Assembly (NCBI GenBank): GCA_963826525.1
Contig: CAWGXH010000004.1
Span: 288,001-352,000, forward strand
Origin: an uncultured Methanomicrobiaceae archaeon
GTDB lineage: Archaea > Halobacteriota > Methanomicrobia > Methanomicrobiales > Methanoculleaceae
Reading direction: 5' to 3'
DNA length: 64,000 bases
This document shows, piece after piece, positions 33,386 to 44,814 of this stretch (its first letter is position 1; every line of letters starts with the position of its first letter). Below the pieces are notes generated by a model. The model was not told where the DNA came from. It searched no databases and worked only from the letters and a program-made list of their open reading frames with translations. Both the position numbers and the translations under genes were made by a program.

Positions 33386-34666
33386 TCAAAAGACCACGTA
33401 CTGGAGCCAGAGGATTCCGGTGCCGATCCCCACCGTGATCACGAGGATCACCATTCCAATTTTGAGGAACTCCACGAACGATATGAGAATGCCTTCGCGG
33501 GAAGCGATCCCGAGCACCACGACGTTTGCAGACGCCCCGATAGCCGATCCGTTCCCGCCGAGGCAGGCGCCGAGGGAGAGCGCCCACCAGAGGGGGTAGG
33601 TGTCCATCGAGCCGCCGAGGTCCTGGATGAGCGGAATCAGGGTGGCGGTGAGCGGGATGTTGTCGACGACCGCAGAAGCGATGGCGGCAAACCAGGCGAT
33701 GATGAGGATGGCCTCACCCTCCGAATGAACCGTGTTCACCACCATGTTTGCAAGGGCTGCAATCGTTCCGGTCTCGACAAGCCCGCCGACGACGACGAAG
33801 AGGCCGCCGAAGAAGAAGAGCGCCGGCCACTCGATCTTCTCGAAGATCGCCTCGGGAGACTCACGGCTCCAGAAGAGAATGAACGATGCTCCTATCAGTG
33901 CGACGAGCGCCGGTTCGAGACCGAGCGCTCCGTGGATGAAGAACATCCCGACGACGAGCAGTATCGTCACTATGGATTTTTTGAAGAGCACGATATCCCG
34001 GATCGCCTCCCGCTCGTCGAGGGATTCGAGCGTATGGGCGATGGCCTGCTGCTGCTCCGGATCGACCCGGAGCGTTCTGCCGTAGACGAGGATGAGCACC
34101 CCGAGAACGACGAGGAGATCGATCGCCATGATCGGCCCCATATTTATCAGGAAATCGTTGAAAGAGAGTCCCGCGGCGGAGCCGATCATGATATTCGGCG
34201 GATCGCCGATGAGCGTCGCTGCTCCGCCGATGTTCGAGGAGAAGATCTCGGCAATGAGAAACGGGAGAGGTTTGACATTCATCGCGTCGGCAATGTAGAG
34301 CAGCATGGGGGTGAGGAGGAGCACGGTCGTGACGTTATCGAGGAACGCACTGACGATTGCGGTCACGACCGAGAAGAGGAGAAGGACGCGAAGCGGGCTT
34401 CCTCCGGCGCGTTTCGCCGTGATAATCGCGATATACTCAAAGAGGCCGCTGTTCCTCGCGGTGTTCACGATGATCATCATCCCGATCAGGAGGAAGATGG
34501 TGCCGAGGTCGATGTACACCGGGATCATATCCCAGGGGACGATCTGGAGGAGGACGATGATCGAAGCGCCGAGCATCGCCGCAACCGCCCGGTGAATCCG
34601 CTCGTCGATGATGAGGGCATAGGTGAAGAGGAATACGGCGATCGCAATCAGTTCGAGCCCGTCCAT
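33386..34666 (-). CDS. ArsB/NhaD-family ion transporter
   Basis: Multi-TM; SAFLDNVTT, NIGGAATLIGDPPN, DNIP, GGNGSAIGASAN. Confidence 0.9.
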   Translation of the reverse strand: MDGLELIAIAVFLFTYALIIDERIHRAVAAMLGASIIVLLQIVPWDMIPVYIDLGTIFLLIGMMIIVNTARNSGLFEYIAIITAKRAGGSPLRVLLLFSVVTAIVSAFLDNVTTVLLLTPMLLYIADAMNVKPLPFLIAEIFSSNIGGAATLIGDPPNIMIGSAAGLSFNDFLINMGPIMAIDLLVVLGVLILVYGRTLRVDPEQQQAIAHTLESLDEREAIRDIVLFKKSIVTILLVVGMFFIHGALGLEPALVALIGASFILFWSRESPEAIFEKIEWPALFFFGGLFVVVGGLVETGTIAALANMVVNTVHSEGEAILIIAWFAAIASAVVDNIPLTATLIPLIQDLGGSMDTYPLWWALSLGACLGGNGSAIGASANVVVLGIASREGILISFVEFLKIGMVILVITVGIGTGILWLQYVVF

Positions 34667-35035
34667 ACCTACACCCCGCCGGATTGAGGTCTCAAAGCCC
34701 GGTATCCGAAGAGCAGAGCAGAAACTGCTGTATTCGCTGTGTGAGAGGGAAGAATCATGGTATTCGCCGGATACGTGTAGTCAGAATGAAGTGTTTGCCT
34801 ATTCTCTCGATAACGATATCGGTTTTTGCTGCAAACGAGACACCAGGAACCGGGATTCTCCTCTCCAGATACACCCTTCGCGGCGTGAGACGGTCGTGCG
34901 AAGAGGCAGCCCGCTCGGGGTAGCGAAGCGATTGGATCCCGCGTGCCGATACTTTTATCCCGCCCGCGGGGAAGGGGGGAGCGCCCTGAAAAAAGGCCCG
35001 AATAGAGCCTTTGCGAGGGGATGGAGTCTGTACCT

Positions 35036-35581
35036 ATGAGCACGATTGCAGTTCTCATTACGGATATGTTCGAGGATGTCGAGTATACGAAGCCTGCCCG
35101 GGCATTTACGGAGGCAGGCCACGACCTCGTCCACGTCGGCCTGAAAGCGGGTGAGACGGTCAGGGGGAAGCGCAACAAAGAATCCGTCACGATCGACCGG
35201 GCGGTCGCGGACGTCTCGGTGGACGATTTCGATGCTCTCTTCATCCCGGGCGGGTATTCGCCGGATAAGCTCCGCGCCCACGCTGAGCCGGTAGCGTTCG
35301 CAAAACGGTTCATGGAGAGCGGCAAGCCTATCTTTGCGATCTGTCACGCACCGCAGCTCCTCATCACGGCACAGGTGCTCGAAGGGCGCCGTATCACCGG
35401 GTGGCGATCGATCGTCCAGGACATCAAAAATGCGGGAGCGGAGTTCGTCGACGAGGAGGTCGTTGTGGACAAAAACCTGATCTCGAGCAGGAGCCCGGAC
35501 GATATCCCGGCGTTCGTCGATGCCGCGCTCAAAAAACTCCAGGAGACCGAGGGAAGAGTGGCAACGGCAGAGGCGCGGTGA
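35036..35581 (+). CDS. PfpI/DJ-1-family protein
   Basis: FEDVEY, IPGGYSPDKLR, AICHAP. Confidence 0.9.
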   Translation: MSTIAVLITDMFEDVEYTKPARAFTEAGHDLVHVGLKAGETVRGKRNKESVTIDRAVADVSVDDFDALFIPGGYSPDKLRAHAEPVAFAKRFMESGKPIFAICHAPQLLITAQVLEGRRITGWRSIVQDIKNAGAEFVDEEVVVDKNLISSRSPDDIPAFVDAALKKLQETEGRVATAEAR

Positions 35582-35787
35582 GGTGGGCATTCATACACCG
35601 GAAGAATCAGACTGAGCTCCTTTTTTCGTCGGGGACTCCGGGTCATCGCATCCCCGTCCGGACGCATAGCGGAGAGGTCACGGGCAGGGTCACCGGGAAA
35701 GATATCCTTCCGCACGCATGACCTTCCGGATACCGCTTCGGTCACACAAATGCTATAAATGAACCACGGCATAGATCTGCATCAGCA

Positions 35788-37056
35788 ATGAATAACGGGA
35801 GGTTCGGGTGGCGATCATCCGCATGGCAGAAGCTCATCGTCATCGCCCTAGTAACCGGACTCTCCCTCGTCCTTGAACTGGTGATCCACTACCAGTTCGG
35901 GATCGATATCGTCTACACCCATTTCTTCTATCCGCTGCTGATCCTTGCTGCGTTCTGGTATCAGCGAAAAGCCGTATACCTCGGTGTGTTCCTTGCCGCA
36001 GCACACATTATCGTCGAGTATGTCCAGAGCGCGGCGCTCGATCCGGCAGTGCTGGTGCGTGCCCTGATGTTCATCGTCGTCGCCTACATCCTCGGCTACC
36101 TTTTCGAACTCCTGGAGCGGAGGTACGCCGATTACCGCTCCTACCTCACCGGGTACGCCGACCGGAACGTCGATACGGGCCGCCACCTCGAGGCCGGGGA
36201 GGAGGAAGCCGGGACGGCGGTACATCCCCGCGATCTGCAGCGGCTGATAGGCAACCTGCAGAGCAAAAATCCCGACGTCAGATACAAGGCCGCAGAGGCT
36301 CTCGGAGCACTCAAAAACCCCCGCGCCGTAGAACCGCTTACCGCCCTCCTCGGCGACGAGGAGAGCGGCGTGCGATGGAAGGCTGCAGAGGCTCTCGGAC
36401 AGATGGGGCAGGCGGCGGTCGAGCCGCTCACGAGGAGTCTCTCCGATCCGAACGTCGATGTCCGGTGGATGGCCGCAACGGCCCTCGGGGATATCGGCGA
36501 TCCCCGGGCCATCGATCCGCTCCTCGAAGCGCTCGAGGACGAGGATACCTACGTCCGGAGCCGGGCGGCGCTGGCACTCGGGAAGATTGGTGAACCAGCC
36601 CGGGATACTCTTATCGCGGCCCTCCGGTCGGAGACGGAGAACGTGCGCTGGGGTGCTGCGCTGGCGCTCGGCAGCGTCGGGGGAGAGAGCGTCATCGAAG
36701 CGCTCATCCGGGCACTCGACGACACGAGCCCGCATGTCCGCAACCGGGCGATCGGTGCGCTCGACGAGATCGGTGACCCGGTGATACCCCACCTTATCCG
36801 AGGGTTTGCAACCTGCACGCAGGTCGGCTGCCGGAGCATTGCCGAAGCATTCGGGGGCATCGGCCGGGCGGCGATCGAACCGCTCACCCGTGCACTCCGG
36901 GACGAGAGGTGGGAGGTGCGTGCCGGTGCTGCCGAATCTCTCGGGGAGATAGGCGATCCGGCTGCGGTGGACGCTCTCATCGAAGCTCTCGGCGACGGAC
37001 GCCCCGAAGTGGCGGCGGCAGCACGGAATGCCCTGAAGCAGATGAAGAAGGTATAA
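35788..37056 (+). CDS. Membrane-anchored HEAT-repeat protein
   Basis: About four N-terminal TM helices, then repeated VRxxAAxALG units. Confidence 0.85.
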   Translation: MNNGRFGWRSSAWQKLIVIALVTGLSLVLELVIHYQFGIDIVYTHFFYPLLILAAFWYQRKAVYLGVFLAAAHIIVEYVQSAALDPAVLVRALMFIVVAYILGYLFELLERRYADYRSYLTGYADRNVDTGRHLEAGEEEAGTAVHPRDLQRLIGNLQSKNPDVRYKAAEALGALKNPRAVEPLTALLGDEESGVRWKAAEALGQMGQAAVEPLTRSLSDPNVDVRWMAATALGDIGDPRAIDPLLEALEDEDTYVRSRAALALGKIGEPARDTLIAALRSETENVRWGAALALGSVGGESVIEALIRALDDTSPHVRNRAIGALDEIGDPVIPHLIRGFATCTQVGCRSIAEAFGGIGRAAIEPLTRALRDERWEVRAGAAESLGEIGDPAAVDALIEALGDGRPEVAAAARNALKQMKKV

Positions 37057-37082
37057 TAGCCGGGAATGCGGAAGTGAACGGC

Positions 37083-37604
37083 ATGAGTGATGAAAAGATG
37101 CTGGAGCGTGCGATCGGCGCCCTGAAAACCGGAGATATGCAGACCCGCCGGGCAGCGACCGATGCACTCGGCTCCATGGGAGAGGCGGCGACGATGCCGC
37201 TTATCCGGGCTATGCAGGAGGGTGACAACGACGTGCGGTGGTACGCCGCCCGGGCGCTCGTCAGGATCGGCCGGCCGGCGGTCGAACCGCTCCTCCGTGC
37301 GATGCAGGAGGAGGCAAACCCGGAGTTCCGCCGGTACGCAATGGCCGCCCTCGCCGAGATGAAGGACGAGGCGGTCGAACCCCTCATCCGGGAACTTGTG
37401 GACGGGAGCGTGGAACTCCGGCCGTATATTGCCATGGCGCTCTGCACCATCGGCGAACCGGCAGTCGAACCGCTCACCGGGGTGATAAACCACCCCGACC
37501 CGAAGATCCAGACCTGTGCCGCACTGGTCCTCTGGAAGATGGGGGAGCCCGGCGCAAAGCCGTTGACCGATGCACTGAAAGAAGACCGTTCGCGGACTTC
37601 CTGA
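37083..37604 (+). CDS. HEAT-repeat protein
   Basis: Repeated xAVEPLxxxL and xRxxAAxAL units. Confidence 0.82.
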   Translation: MSDEKMLERAIGALKTGDMQTRRAATDALGSMGEAATMPLIRAMQEGDNDVRWYAARALVRIGRPAVEPLLRAMQEEANPEFRRYAMAALAEMKDEAVEPLIRELVDGSVELRPYIAMALCTIGEPAVEPLTGVINHPDPKIQTCAALVLWKMGEPGAKPLTDALKEDRSRTS

Positions 37605-37686
37605 CCAGATCCCCACTTCGCGTTCGCTCATTTTTCCCGGGGTCAGATTCCGAAACGATAAATCGGTGAATGTCCATCAGAATGGT

Positions 37687-40600
37687 ATGGAGTTCTCACC
37701 GGCCCTCGGGGTGTACTTCGACCGGCTCGACTCCGGCCTGCAATCCGCAATGGCGGTTGCACGAGCCGCACGCTCCCGCGGCCTCGATCCCGCCACCGAA
37801 CCCGAGATCCCTGTTGCAAACGACCTTGCCGATCGCGTGGAGGCGCTTCTCGGCTATACGGGTGTCGCTGCACGCCTCCGGGAGCTTGAGCAGCAGATGT
37901 CGCGTGAAGAGGCCGCCCTCAAGATAGGTGACGATTTCGTAAAGCGTACTTTTGGTGAGACGACGACCGAGGAGATCCTCGACCACGCCATCAGGGCGTC
38001 GATGGCGCTCCTGACGGAGGGGGTCGTGGCCGCCCCCACCGAGGGTATCGGGAAGGTGGCCCTCGGCAAGAACGACGACGGAACGGAGTATCTCAAGATC
38101 TACTATGCAGGACCCATCCGGAGTGCGGGCGGAACCGCTCAGGCACTCTCCGTCCTCGTCGGGGACTATGTCCGGCAGGCGCTCGGTATCAGCCGCTACA
38201 ATCCCCGTCCCGAAGAGGTCGAGCGGTACATCGAGGAGATCCGGCAGTACAATAACATCATGAGCCTCCAGTACCTCCCGAGCGAGAAGGAGCTCCGGAT
38301 GATCATCCAGAACTGCCCGGTCTGCATCGACGGCGAGCCGACGGAACAGCAGGAGGTGAGCGGCTACCGGAACCTCGAGCGGGTGGAGACGAATACGGTT
38401 CGGGGCGGCATGGCACTCGTCGTGGCGGAGGGGCTCGCGCTCAAAGCCCCGAAGGTTTTGAAGAACGTCCGGAAGATGAAGATGGAGGGCTGGGACTGGC
38501 TCGAGGAACTCATCGGCGGGGTGACGACGAGCAGCGACGACGACAAGGGCGCCGCCGTCAAACCGAAGGATAAGTACCTCCGCGATCTCATCGGCGGCCG
38601 GCCGGTCTTCTCCTACCCGATGAGGAAAGGCGGATTCCGCCTCCGCCTCGGCCGCTCGCGGAACACCGGGTTTGCCGCTGCAGGCCTCCACCCTGCAACC
38701 CTCCATATCCTCGGCGATTTCCTCGCCGTCGGTACGCAGATGAAGGTCGAGCGGCCGGGAAAAGCCGCAGGGATCGTGCCGGTAGACTCGATCCAGGGGC
38801 CGACCGTCAAACTGAAGAGCGGCGAAGTCCTGCGGGTCGACGATGCGGCGCAGGCCCGGTCGCTTGCGACGCAGGTGGAGGAGATCATCGATATCGGCGA
38901 GATCCTGATCAGTTACGGCGAGTTCCTCGAGAACAATCACCCGCTGATGCCGCCCTGCTACTGCGAGGAGTGGTGGCTGCAGGAAGGCGGCGTCCGCCAC
39001 CCGGAAAGCGAGATGGAGGCGATCGAGTTCGCCTTCGACGGGGCGTACCTCCACCCCGACTACACCTACCTCTGGGACGATGTCACCCCGGCCGCTATCG
39101 CCACCCTCGCCGATCGGGTTGCCGAAGACGGGACGATCGAAGACGGGGTGCTGAAACTGCCGAATACCCCGGATACAAAGGCTATCCTCGAGGAACTCCT
39201 CGTTTTTCACCGCCTTGAGGGGGATCGGATCGTCGTCGCTGAGTACCTGGTGCTGCTTGCCTGCCTTGGTCTGACGCTCCAGGGGAAGAGACGGGAGGCA
39301 TGGACGGACGCTCCCACCGACGATTCGCTCGGGCTCGTGATGCACCTCTCCGGGTTTAAGATCCGATCCCGTGCCGGCACCCGGATCGGCGGGAGGATGG
39401 GCAGGCCGGGCAAGTCCAAGGCCCGCGAGATGAAGCCGCCGCCCCACTCGCTCTTCCCCATCGGCGATGCCGGGGGCTCCCGCCGGTCGTTCCAGGAGGC
39501 GATCTCCTATAAGCACCGGTCGAATACCGACGGCGGACAGATCGAGATCGAGGTAGGGGTTCGTCGCTGCACCGCCTGCGGCACGAAGACCTACAAGAAT
39601 CTCTGCGACTGCGGCGGGCACACGGTCCCGGTCTTCCACTGTCCCCGGTGCGACCGGGAGACGAAGGAACTCCTCTGCCCTGCCTGCGGCGCGGCCGCCG
39701 TCTGCCTCCAGAAGGTGACGGTGAACGTCAAGGCGGAGTACGCGGCCGCCCTCGCCCGGCTCGGGATGCGGGAGAGCGCGGTCTCGCTTCTGAAAGGTGT
39801 CAAGGGGCTGATATCCCGCAACCGACCGGTGGAGCCGATCGAGAAGGGGATCCTCAGGGCGACGAACGAGCTCTACGTCTTCAAAGACGGTACGTCCCGC
39901 TACGACATGATCGACCTCCCGCTCACCCACTTCCGGCCGGACGAGGTCGGCGTCTCCATCGAGAAACTTCACAGCCTCGGGTATACCCACGACATATACG
40001 GCAGGGAACTCACCGAGCGCTCCCAGGTTCTCGAACTGCGCCACCAGGACATCCTCGTCTCGGAGGACTGCGCCGCGTGGCTTATCCGGGTGGCACGCTT
40101 CATCGACGAGCTTCTGGAGAAGTACTACGGTCTTGAACCGTTCTACCACATCACCGACCGGAGCGACCTTCTCGGCCACCTCGTCATGGGACTTGCCCCC
40201 CATACGAGCGCCGGCGTCCTCGTCCGGGTGATCGGGTTTTCGAAGGCCAACGTCGGCTACGGTCACCCCTTCTTCCACGCTGCGAAACGGCGGAACTGCT
40301 TTGCAGGGGATACGGAGATCGAGGTCTTCGACGGCAGGGCATGGGCGACGATGCCTATCCGGCAGTTCGTTATCGAGAACTTCGATATCAGCAATCCCGG
40401 TCTCGACCACCAGGGGACGTTCTACTCCGACCCAACCCGGACCTTCTTTACGAGGAGCATCGATCCGCAGGGCACGGTCAGGATGAAGAGAATCACGTCG
40501 GTCTCGGTGCACCGTTCCCCGGCGCACCTGATCCGCTTCGAGACAAAGCGCGGAAAGATCCTCGCGGTGACGCCCGATCATGCCATGCTCGTCTGGGACA

Positions 40601-41544
40601 CGGACTATCTCCGCAGGATCTCCGCCCAGGAGGTGAAGATCGGCGACCGCATACCGGTGTTCGAGGGGACGATGCCGATCTGCGACGAGATCGCCGGCCG
40701 GGAGATCGTCAGGGCGCTTGACGACCGCGTCTACTGCCTCACGGTCGCCGATACCCATACGCTCGTCGCAAACGGGATCTTCACCGGCCAGTGCGACGGC
40801 GACGAGGACTGCGTGATGCTCCTCCTCGACGGCCTGATCAACTTCTCGCGCTCGTACCTCCCGGAGACCCGGGGCGGGACGATGGATGCCCCGCTCGTCC
40901 TCACCACCCGTATCGATCCCGCCGAGGTCGATAAGGAGAGTCATAACGTCGATGTCTGCGACCACTACCCGCTTGAGGTGTACCTTGCCGCCCTGAACTA
41001 CACCCACCCGAAGGACCTCGACAAACTCGTCGACCGGGTGGAGCGGAGGCTCGGCACCCCCGCCCAGATCGAGGGGTTCTTCTTTACGCACCCGACGAGC
41101 GACATCTCGGCGGGGCCGCTCATCTCCACCTATACCATTCTCGGCACGATGCTCGAGAAACTCGAGGCGGAGCTGACGCTCGCCAAGATGATCCGGGCAG
41201 TGGACGCGGACGACGTCGCCGAGCGGGTCTTGAATACCCATTTCATCCGCGACCTGATGGGGAACCTCAACGCGTTCTCGAAGCAGAAACTCCGGTGCAC
41301 GAAGTGCAACTCGAAGTACCGGCGGATGCCGCTTGCCGGGAAGTGCACCAAGTGCAAGGGGAACGTCATCGCCACGGTCCACGAAGGCTCGGTGAAGAAA
41401 TACCTCGCCATCTCCCGGGAGATCTGCGAGACCTACGCGGTCTCCGAGTACACGAAACAGCGGGTGCGCGTCATCGATATGTCCATCGAGTCGACCTTCG
41501 GCACGCCGGCAGAGCAGCAGCTCGGGCTTGCGGACTTCATGTGA
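37687..41544 (+). CDS. polC: DNA polymerase D large subunit DP2, intein-containing
   Basis: [28 protein letters not shown]|...|CDGDED catalytic motif, C-terminal zinc finger. Confidence 0.97.
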   Translation: MEFSPALGVYFDRLDSGLQSAMAVARAARSRGLDPATEPEIPVANDLADRVEALLGYTGVAARLRELEQQMSREEAALKIGDDFVKRTFGETTTEEILDHAIRASMALLTEGVVAAPTEGIGKVALGKNDDGTEYLKIYYAGPIRSAGGTAQALSVLVGDYVRQALGISRYNPRPEEVERYIEEIRQYNNIMSLQYLPSEKELRMIIQNCPVCIDGEPTEQQEVSGYRNLERVETNTVRGGMALVVAEGLALKAPKVLKNVRKMKMEGWDWLEELIGGVTTSSDDDKGAAVKPKDKYLRDLIGGRPVFSYPMRKGGFRLRLGRSRNTGFAAAGLHPATLHILGDFLAVGTQMKVERPGKAAGIVPVDSIQGPTVKLKSGEVLRVDDAAQARSLATQVEEIIDIGEILISYGEFLENNHPLMPPCYCEEWWLQEGGVRHPESEMEAIEFAFDGAYLHPDYTYLWDDVTPAAIATLADRVAEDGTIEDGVLKLPNTPDTKAILEELLVFHRLEGDRIVVAEYLVLLACLGLTLQGKRREAWTDAPTDDSLGLVMHLSGFKIRSRAGTRIGGRMGRPGKSKAREMKPPPHSLFPIGDAGGSRRSFQEAISYKHRSNTDGGQIEIEVGVRRCTACGTKTYKNLCDCGGHTVPVFHCPRCDRETKELLCPACGAAAVCLQKVTVNVKAEYAAALARLGMRESAVSLLKGVKGLISRNRPVEPIEKGILRATNELYVFKDGTSRYDMIDLPLTHFRPDEVGVSIEKLHSLGYTHDIYGRELTERSQVLELRHQDILVSEDCAAWLIRVARFIDELLEKYYGLEPFYHITDRSDLLGHLVMGLAPHTSAGVLVRVIGFSKANVGYGHPFFHAAKRRNCFAGDTEIEVFDGRAWATMPIRQFVIENFDISNPGLDHQGTFYSDPTRTFFTRSIDPQGTVRMKRITSVSVHRSPAHLIRFETKRGKILAVTPDHAMLVWDTDYLRRISAQEVKIGDRIPVFEGTMPICDEIAGREIVRALDDRVYCLTVADTHTLVANGIFTGQCDGDEDCVMLLLDGLINFSRSYLPETRGGTMDAPLVLTTRIDPAEVDKESHNVDVCDHYPLEVYLAALNYTHPKDLDKLVDRVERRLGTPAQIEGFFFTHPTSDISAGPLISTYTILGTMLEKLEAELTLAKMIRAVDADDVAERVLNTHFIRDLMGNLNAFSKQKLRCTKCNSKYRRMPLAGKCTKCKGNVIATVHEGSVKKYLAISREICETYAVSEYTKQRVRVIDMSIESTFGTPAEQQLGLADFM
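40297..40791 (+). mobile_element. Mini-intein (165 aa, no homing endonuclease) in DP2
   Basis: Starts CFAGDT, block B VTPDHAM, ends [21 protein letters not shown] followed by +1 Cys; splits the conserved KRRNCDGDED. Confidence 0.93.
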
Positions 41545-41636
41545 AAATATCGGGAAGAGAAACCGAGCGGCATCTTCTTCACCCCCACCCCCTCCCGACG
41601 CAATCTTCAATATATCAGAGGACTCTTGCAGGAACT

Positions 41637-41912
41637 ATGAGCCTCCTTGCAGGGCTTCTCGCCCTTATTCTGGTCATCATCATCGTAGTCCTCCTCTTCA
41701 GAATCCTGCAGAGCATCGTCGGCCTTGTGATCAACGCGATCATCGGGGTGATCCTGATATACCTCATCGATATCTTCAACATAATGAGCCTCTTCGGCCG
41801 CCCCGACATCCCGATCAACCTGATCACCGTCCTGATCAGTGCAATCGGCGGGATACTCGGCGTGGCCATCATCGTTCTGCTGAATCTCCTCGGGATATCC
41901 CTTGCGTACTGA
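41637..41912 (+). CDS. BofA-like small membrane protein
   Basis: INAIIGVILI...IPINLITVLISAIGGILG. Confidence 0.78.
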   Translation: MSLLAGLLALILVIIIVVLLFRILQSIVGLVINAIIGVILIYLIDIFNIMSLFGRPDIPINLITVLISAIGGILGVAIIVLLNLLGISLAY

Positions 41913-42021
41913 CGGCGGCGGGGAAGGGATGAAGCGGGCGGCACGCTTCCGGTTCCGGGGATGCCGGGTGCCGAACCGCTATCTTCCGCCAAGCTCATAA
42001 CCCTCCGCTGCCAATAGTATA

Positions 42022-42150
42022 GACGCACGTTCTTATGGGGAAGTGCACAACCCTCGTTGTGCATTTTCCCGGAATGAGGAATGCCAAATGCGGGCGGCTC
42101 ACGAGAACCTGAGCATTTCGGCGTAAGACGTGCAGACCCGTCAAGTCACA
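42022..42150 (+). ncRNA. Candidate structured RNA (three-way junction) directly upstream of tRNA-Leu
   Basis: Hand-folded stems 42025-42036/42123-42133, 42037-42051/42056-42070 and 42083-42091/42113-42122. Confidence 0.5.
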
Positions 42151-42165
42151 ACCGTTCCCACCGAT

Positions 42166-42248
42166 GCGAGTGTTACCGAGCGGCCAAAGGTGATCGACTC
42201 AAGATCGATTCTCGTAGGGGTTCGCAGGTTCGAATCCTGCCACTCGCA
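42166..42248 (+). tRNA. tRNA-Leu(CAA), no intron, CCA not encoded
   Basis: Acceptor stem GCGAGTG/CACTCGC-A, anticodon arm ATCGA-CTCAAGA-TCGAT, long variable arm, T arm GCAGG-TTCGAAT-CCTGC. Confidence 0.95.
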
Positions 42249-42648
42249 CTTCTTTTCTGTGAGGTCTCCGGGAAGGCAGGCGGTCTGTTCACCGCTGTTT
42301 CCTGCGTCCTCGGTCCCTAGTGCGTTCCTTTGTTCACACAGTTGATCATCATCGGACCGGTGATGATGGTTCTGGACGAAGTTCATGTCCGGCATGCACG
42401 TTCTCTTCGACCCAGCCCGGTTCGCCGTCGATATTGCCCGCATGATAAACGGGGCAGTACGTGCACCACGCCTGAACGCCGGCAGAGGATTTTTGCTCGG
42501 ATACATTTCGTTTACTTCACCATGTAACCCCTCATTTATCGAATACAGTTTAGATTCGGTCTCCTCGGTCGCCTTGCGACGCCTTCCAGGCTCTCCGGCA
42601 ATATGGTTATTCGGGTCAACTCGCGTAAGAAAGTTGAAAGCACGCCCA

Positions 42649-43276
42649 TCAACCGTGATCATGCATTGGGACGGGATGTCGTGATAAAAATGAGAGCGAG
42701 CCGGTCCGGCACCGCTTCAGTCGTGCCGGGGCAGCCATCGGCTTCTTCTGCTCCTCCACATCGGCCGCTTCGACCGCTTTCCGGAGCGCCGCCCCTCGCG
42801 CCACGAGGGCTTCCGGCGTGACCATGCCCTGGGCGATGAGGAATCCGTTTGCATCGCGGAGTGCCTGCTTGAGGTCCTTCGCCCAGAGGTGCTCGATGAG
42901 GAAGACCGCGGCGGCGGTGTCGTTCGGGATGTCGTCCGCAATCCTCTTGACGTCCTCCTCGGTCATCCCAAAGCTCCTCGGTAGCCGCCATGGTGCCGAC
43001 CTCGGCACCGGTCTGTGCTCCCTTCTCCGGGCCTCGAAGCCGATGAGCGCGCCGACGACGGAGCCGAAGCGCTCCCGTTCCTCATCGTCGAGCTGTGTCG
43101 CCTCCATGCCTCTGACGTTGCCGTCCGCGTCCTCTTACACAAACCGTAAGTCGATCAGCCTGACGACGCCCTTCTCCATTGCCGACCCGAGCGCCTGGCG
43201 GATCTGGCCATGGAAGTCGGGGTTCGAAAATCCGATGACCAGCAGGCTGCATCGGCCCATATATAACTTCAGCCAT
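42649..43276 (-). pseudogene. DUF1269/DUF6325-like protein with an in-frame TAA and several frameshifts
   Basis: GPMQ/LLVIGF...VVRLIDLRFV*EDADG...IPNDTAAAVFLIEHLWA. Confidence 0.6.
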
Positions 43277-43618
43277 TTTGTATTCCCCCTTGATGAAATG
43301 CATAGGTTGCTTGCCCGCACCCCGTGATCCGTTGCCCTCGTGCTGTGCAATACGATTGCATCGTTAGAACGCCTTTACCTGCAATCTTTACGTCTCTCTC
43401 CGGCAGCGTACAGACCGGCGGCGGGTCGAAAACCAACATGGGCCGTCAAATATAAAAAGTATCTATATAATTCATATAATCCCGAATCTCCAAATAGGCA
43501 CAGATTTCAGGCCATTCCTCCCCAGTCAGGCTGCCCGTGCCCTCCGGCACTCCTGCTCTGCTGTCGCGACGGACTCGTTGATGACCCCTTGCTCTTTTCT
43601 TCTCCCATAGCGGCCTAA

Positions 43619-43731
43619 TCAATGCGCCATCTGGTCGATCGCCGCCGTAACGGCGAGGATGAATGCATTATCGTACCCCGGTTCCACTTCCACACCGTAG
43701 GTGTTCCCGGATCGGAGCCATTTTTTGGCCA
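43619..43731 (-). pseudogene. C-terminal remnant of a LURP-one/scramblase-like gene
   Basis: Hand translation AKKWLRSGNTYGVEVEPGYDNAFILAVTAAIDQMAH*; no intact 5' part visible. Confidence 0.6.
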
Positions 43732-44088
43732 ACGATTTTATGGATCTTTCCCTTTGACCTACGGCATGGTTTCAACAGAGCCTAAATATTCGTAATCCGG
43801 GCCGAATCCACCGGGAAAAAACTACCCTCACAGAAGCCCACAGATGGCCGATTGCAAGGGGCAAGGCAGGGATTCCACCCTCCCAAAATTACCGCCCCTC
43901 ATATGGCCGCTATATTTTCGTGGTTTGCAAGTATTTCAGGAATCAGGCTGATTTAATCCTGGTTATAGCTCCACCGAGATCCGCACTCTCAAACCAGCGT
44001 TAAAACAGGAAAACGCTCTCGATTCGCCCTTCTTTCAGGGGGGGGGGCGGGATCTCCGGCCGCACCGGATACCCGGAGTACCGGTGCA

Positions 44089-44717
44089 TCACCGGGTTTC
44101 CGGGTGAGAGCGACCCATCAGGTAGCCCCCAAACCCGGTGACCCAGACCAGGATCGGATAGGCAATCCAGCGCTCAAGCCCTCCGATGCCGAGGACAGCG
44201 AACGGGCTCACATCCCCGAGGATAAAGTAGAGGGCAAGGTCCGCGAGCGCAACCGCCCCGAGTGCCACCGAGAGGTACCGGAACGGCGAGGTCTCAACCC
44301 GGTAGGCGGTAATGGCCGCAACCCCCCCGGCCCCGAACGCAAGGAGGGCGAAGAGGGCATGCACCGTACCGTAATTTCCGGGAAAGATGCCGACACCGAG
44401 GACGCCGAGACCAAAGAAGGCGAGCGGCACGGTGACGACAAGCCGTCCGAAGGCGCGGTGAATGCAGTACGCGGCGGTTATGGTCAGGAGGCCGGATACC
44501 ATCATCGCTATGTTGAAGATGGTTGCGGAGGGTTCGACGATGATGCTCCCCGGCGGCTCCGTGGCGCCGAATCGCTGATCGCATTCAGCGACGTGCTGTA
44601 TCCGGGGTAGAGAGCCTCGGCGGTGATGATCCCGAGCAGGGCCAGCACGCCGACACCGAAGAGCAGCGCTCCTGCAAGCATCCGGCAGCGCAGAGCGGCG
44701 TGCGATCAATCGGTCAT
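44089..44717 (-). CDS. DUF998-family membrane protein (frameshifted)
   Basis: AEALYPGYSTSLNAISD...GVGIFP...VHALFA...GGLERW. Confidence 0.75.
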
Positions 44718-44814
44718 GAAAATCCGACGGAACGTAACCGTCCGGTGATAGTTACTCGTTGCGTCTCCACGAGCAGAAGCCCATCGGTGCCAAGGCGGGA
44801 TATCCCGCACTGCG

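Noticed and set aside
36230-37560. Recurrent DNA motifs such as GCGGTCGAACCGCTC as a possible CRISPR or repeat array
   Set aside because: They encode HEAT-repeat residues (AVEPL) inside ORFs, with no repeat-spacer structure
37696-41610. Very long antisense ORFs (1304 aa opposite polC, 1114 aa at 6451-9795, 615 aa at 4331-6178 and others)
   Set aside because: Shadow ORFs produced by GC-rich codon bias opposite well-supported genes; no recognisable motifs
43135-43137. In-frame stop in the DUF6325-like gene as possible Sec/Pyl recoding
   Set aside because: The stop is TAA, not TGA or TAG, and the gene has other lesions
43780-44080. Possible MITE or IS remnant in an AT-richer spacer
   Set aside because: No terminal inverted repeats, target duplication or transposase fragment recognised
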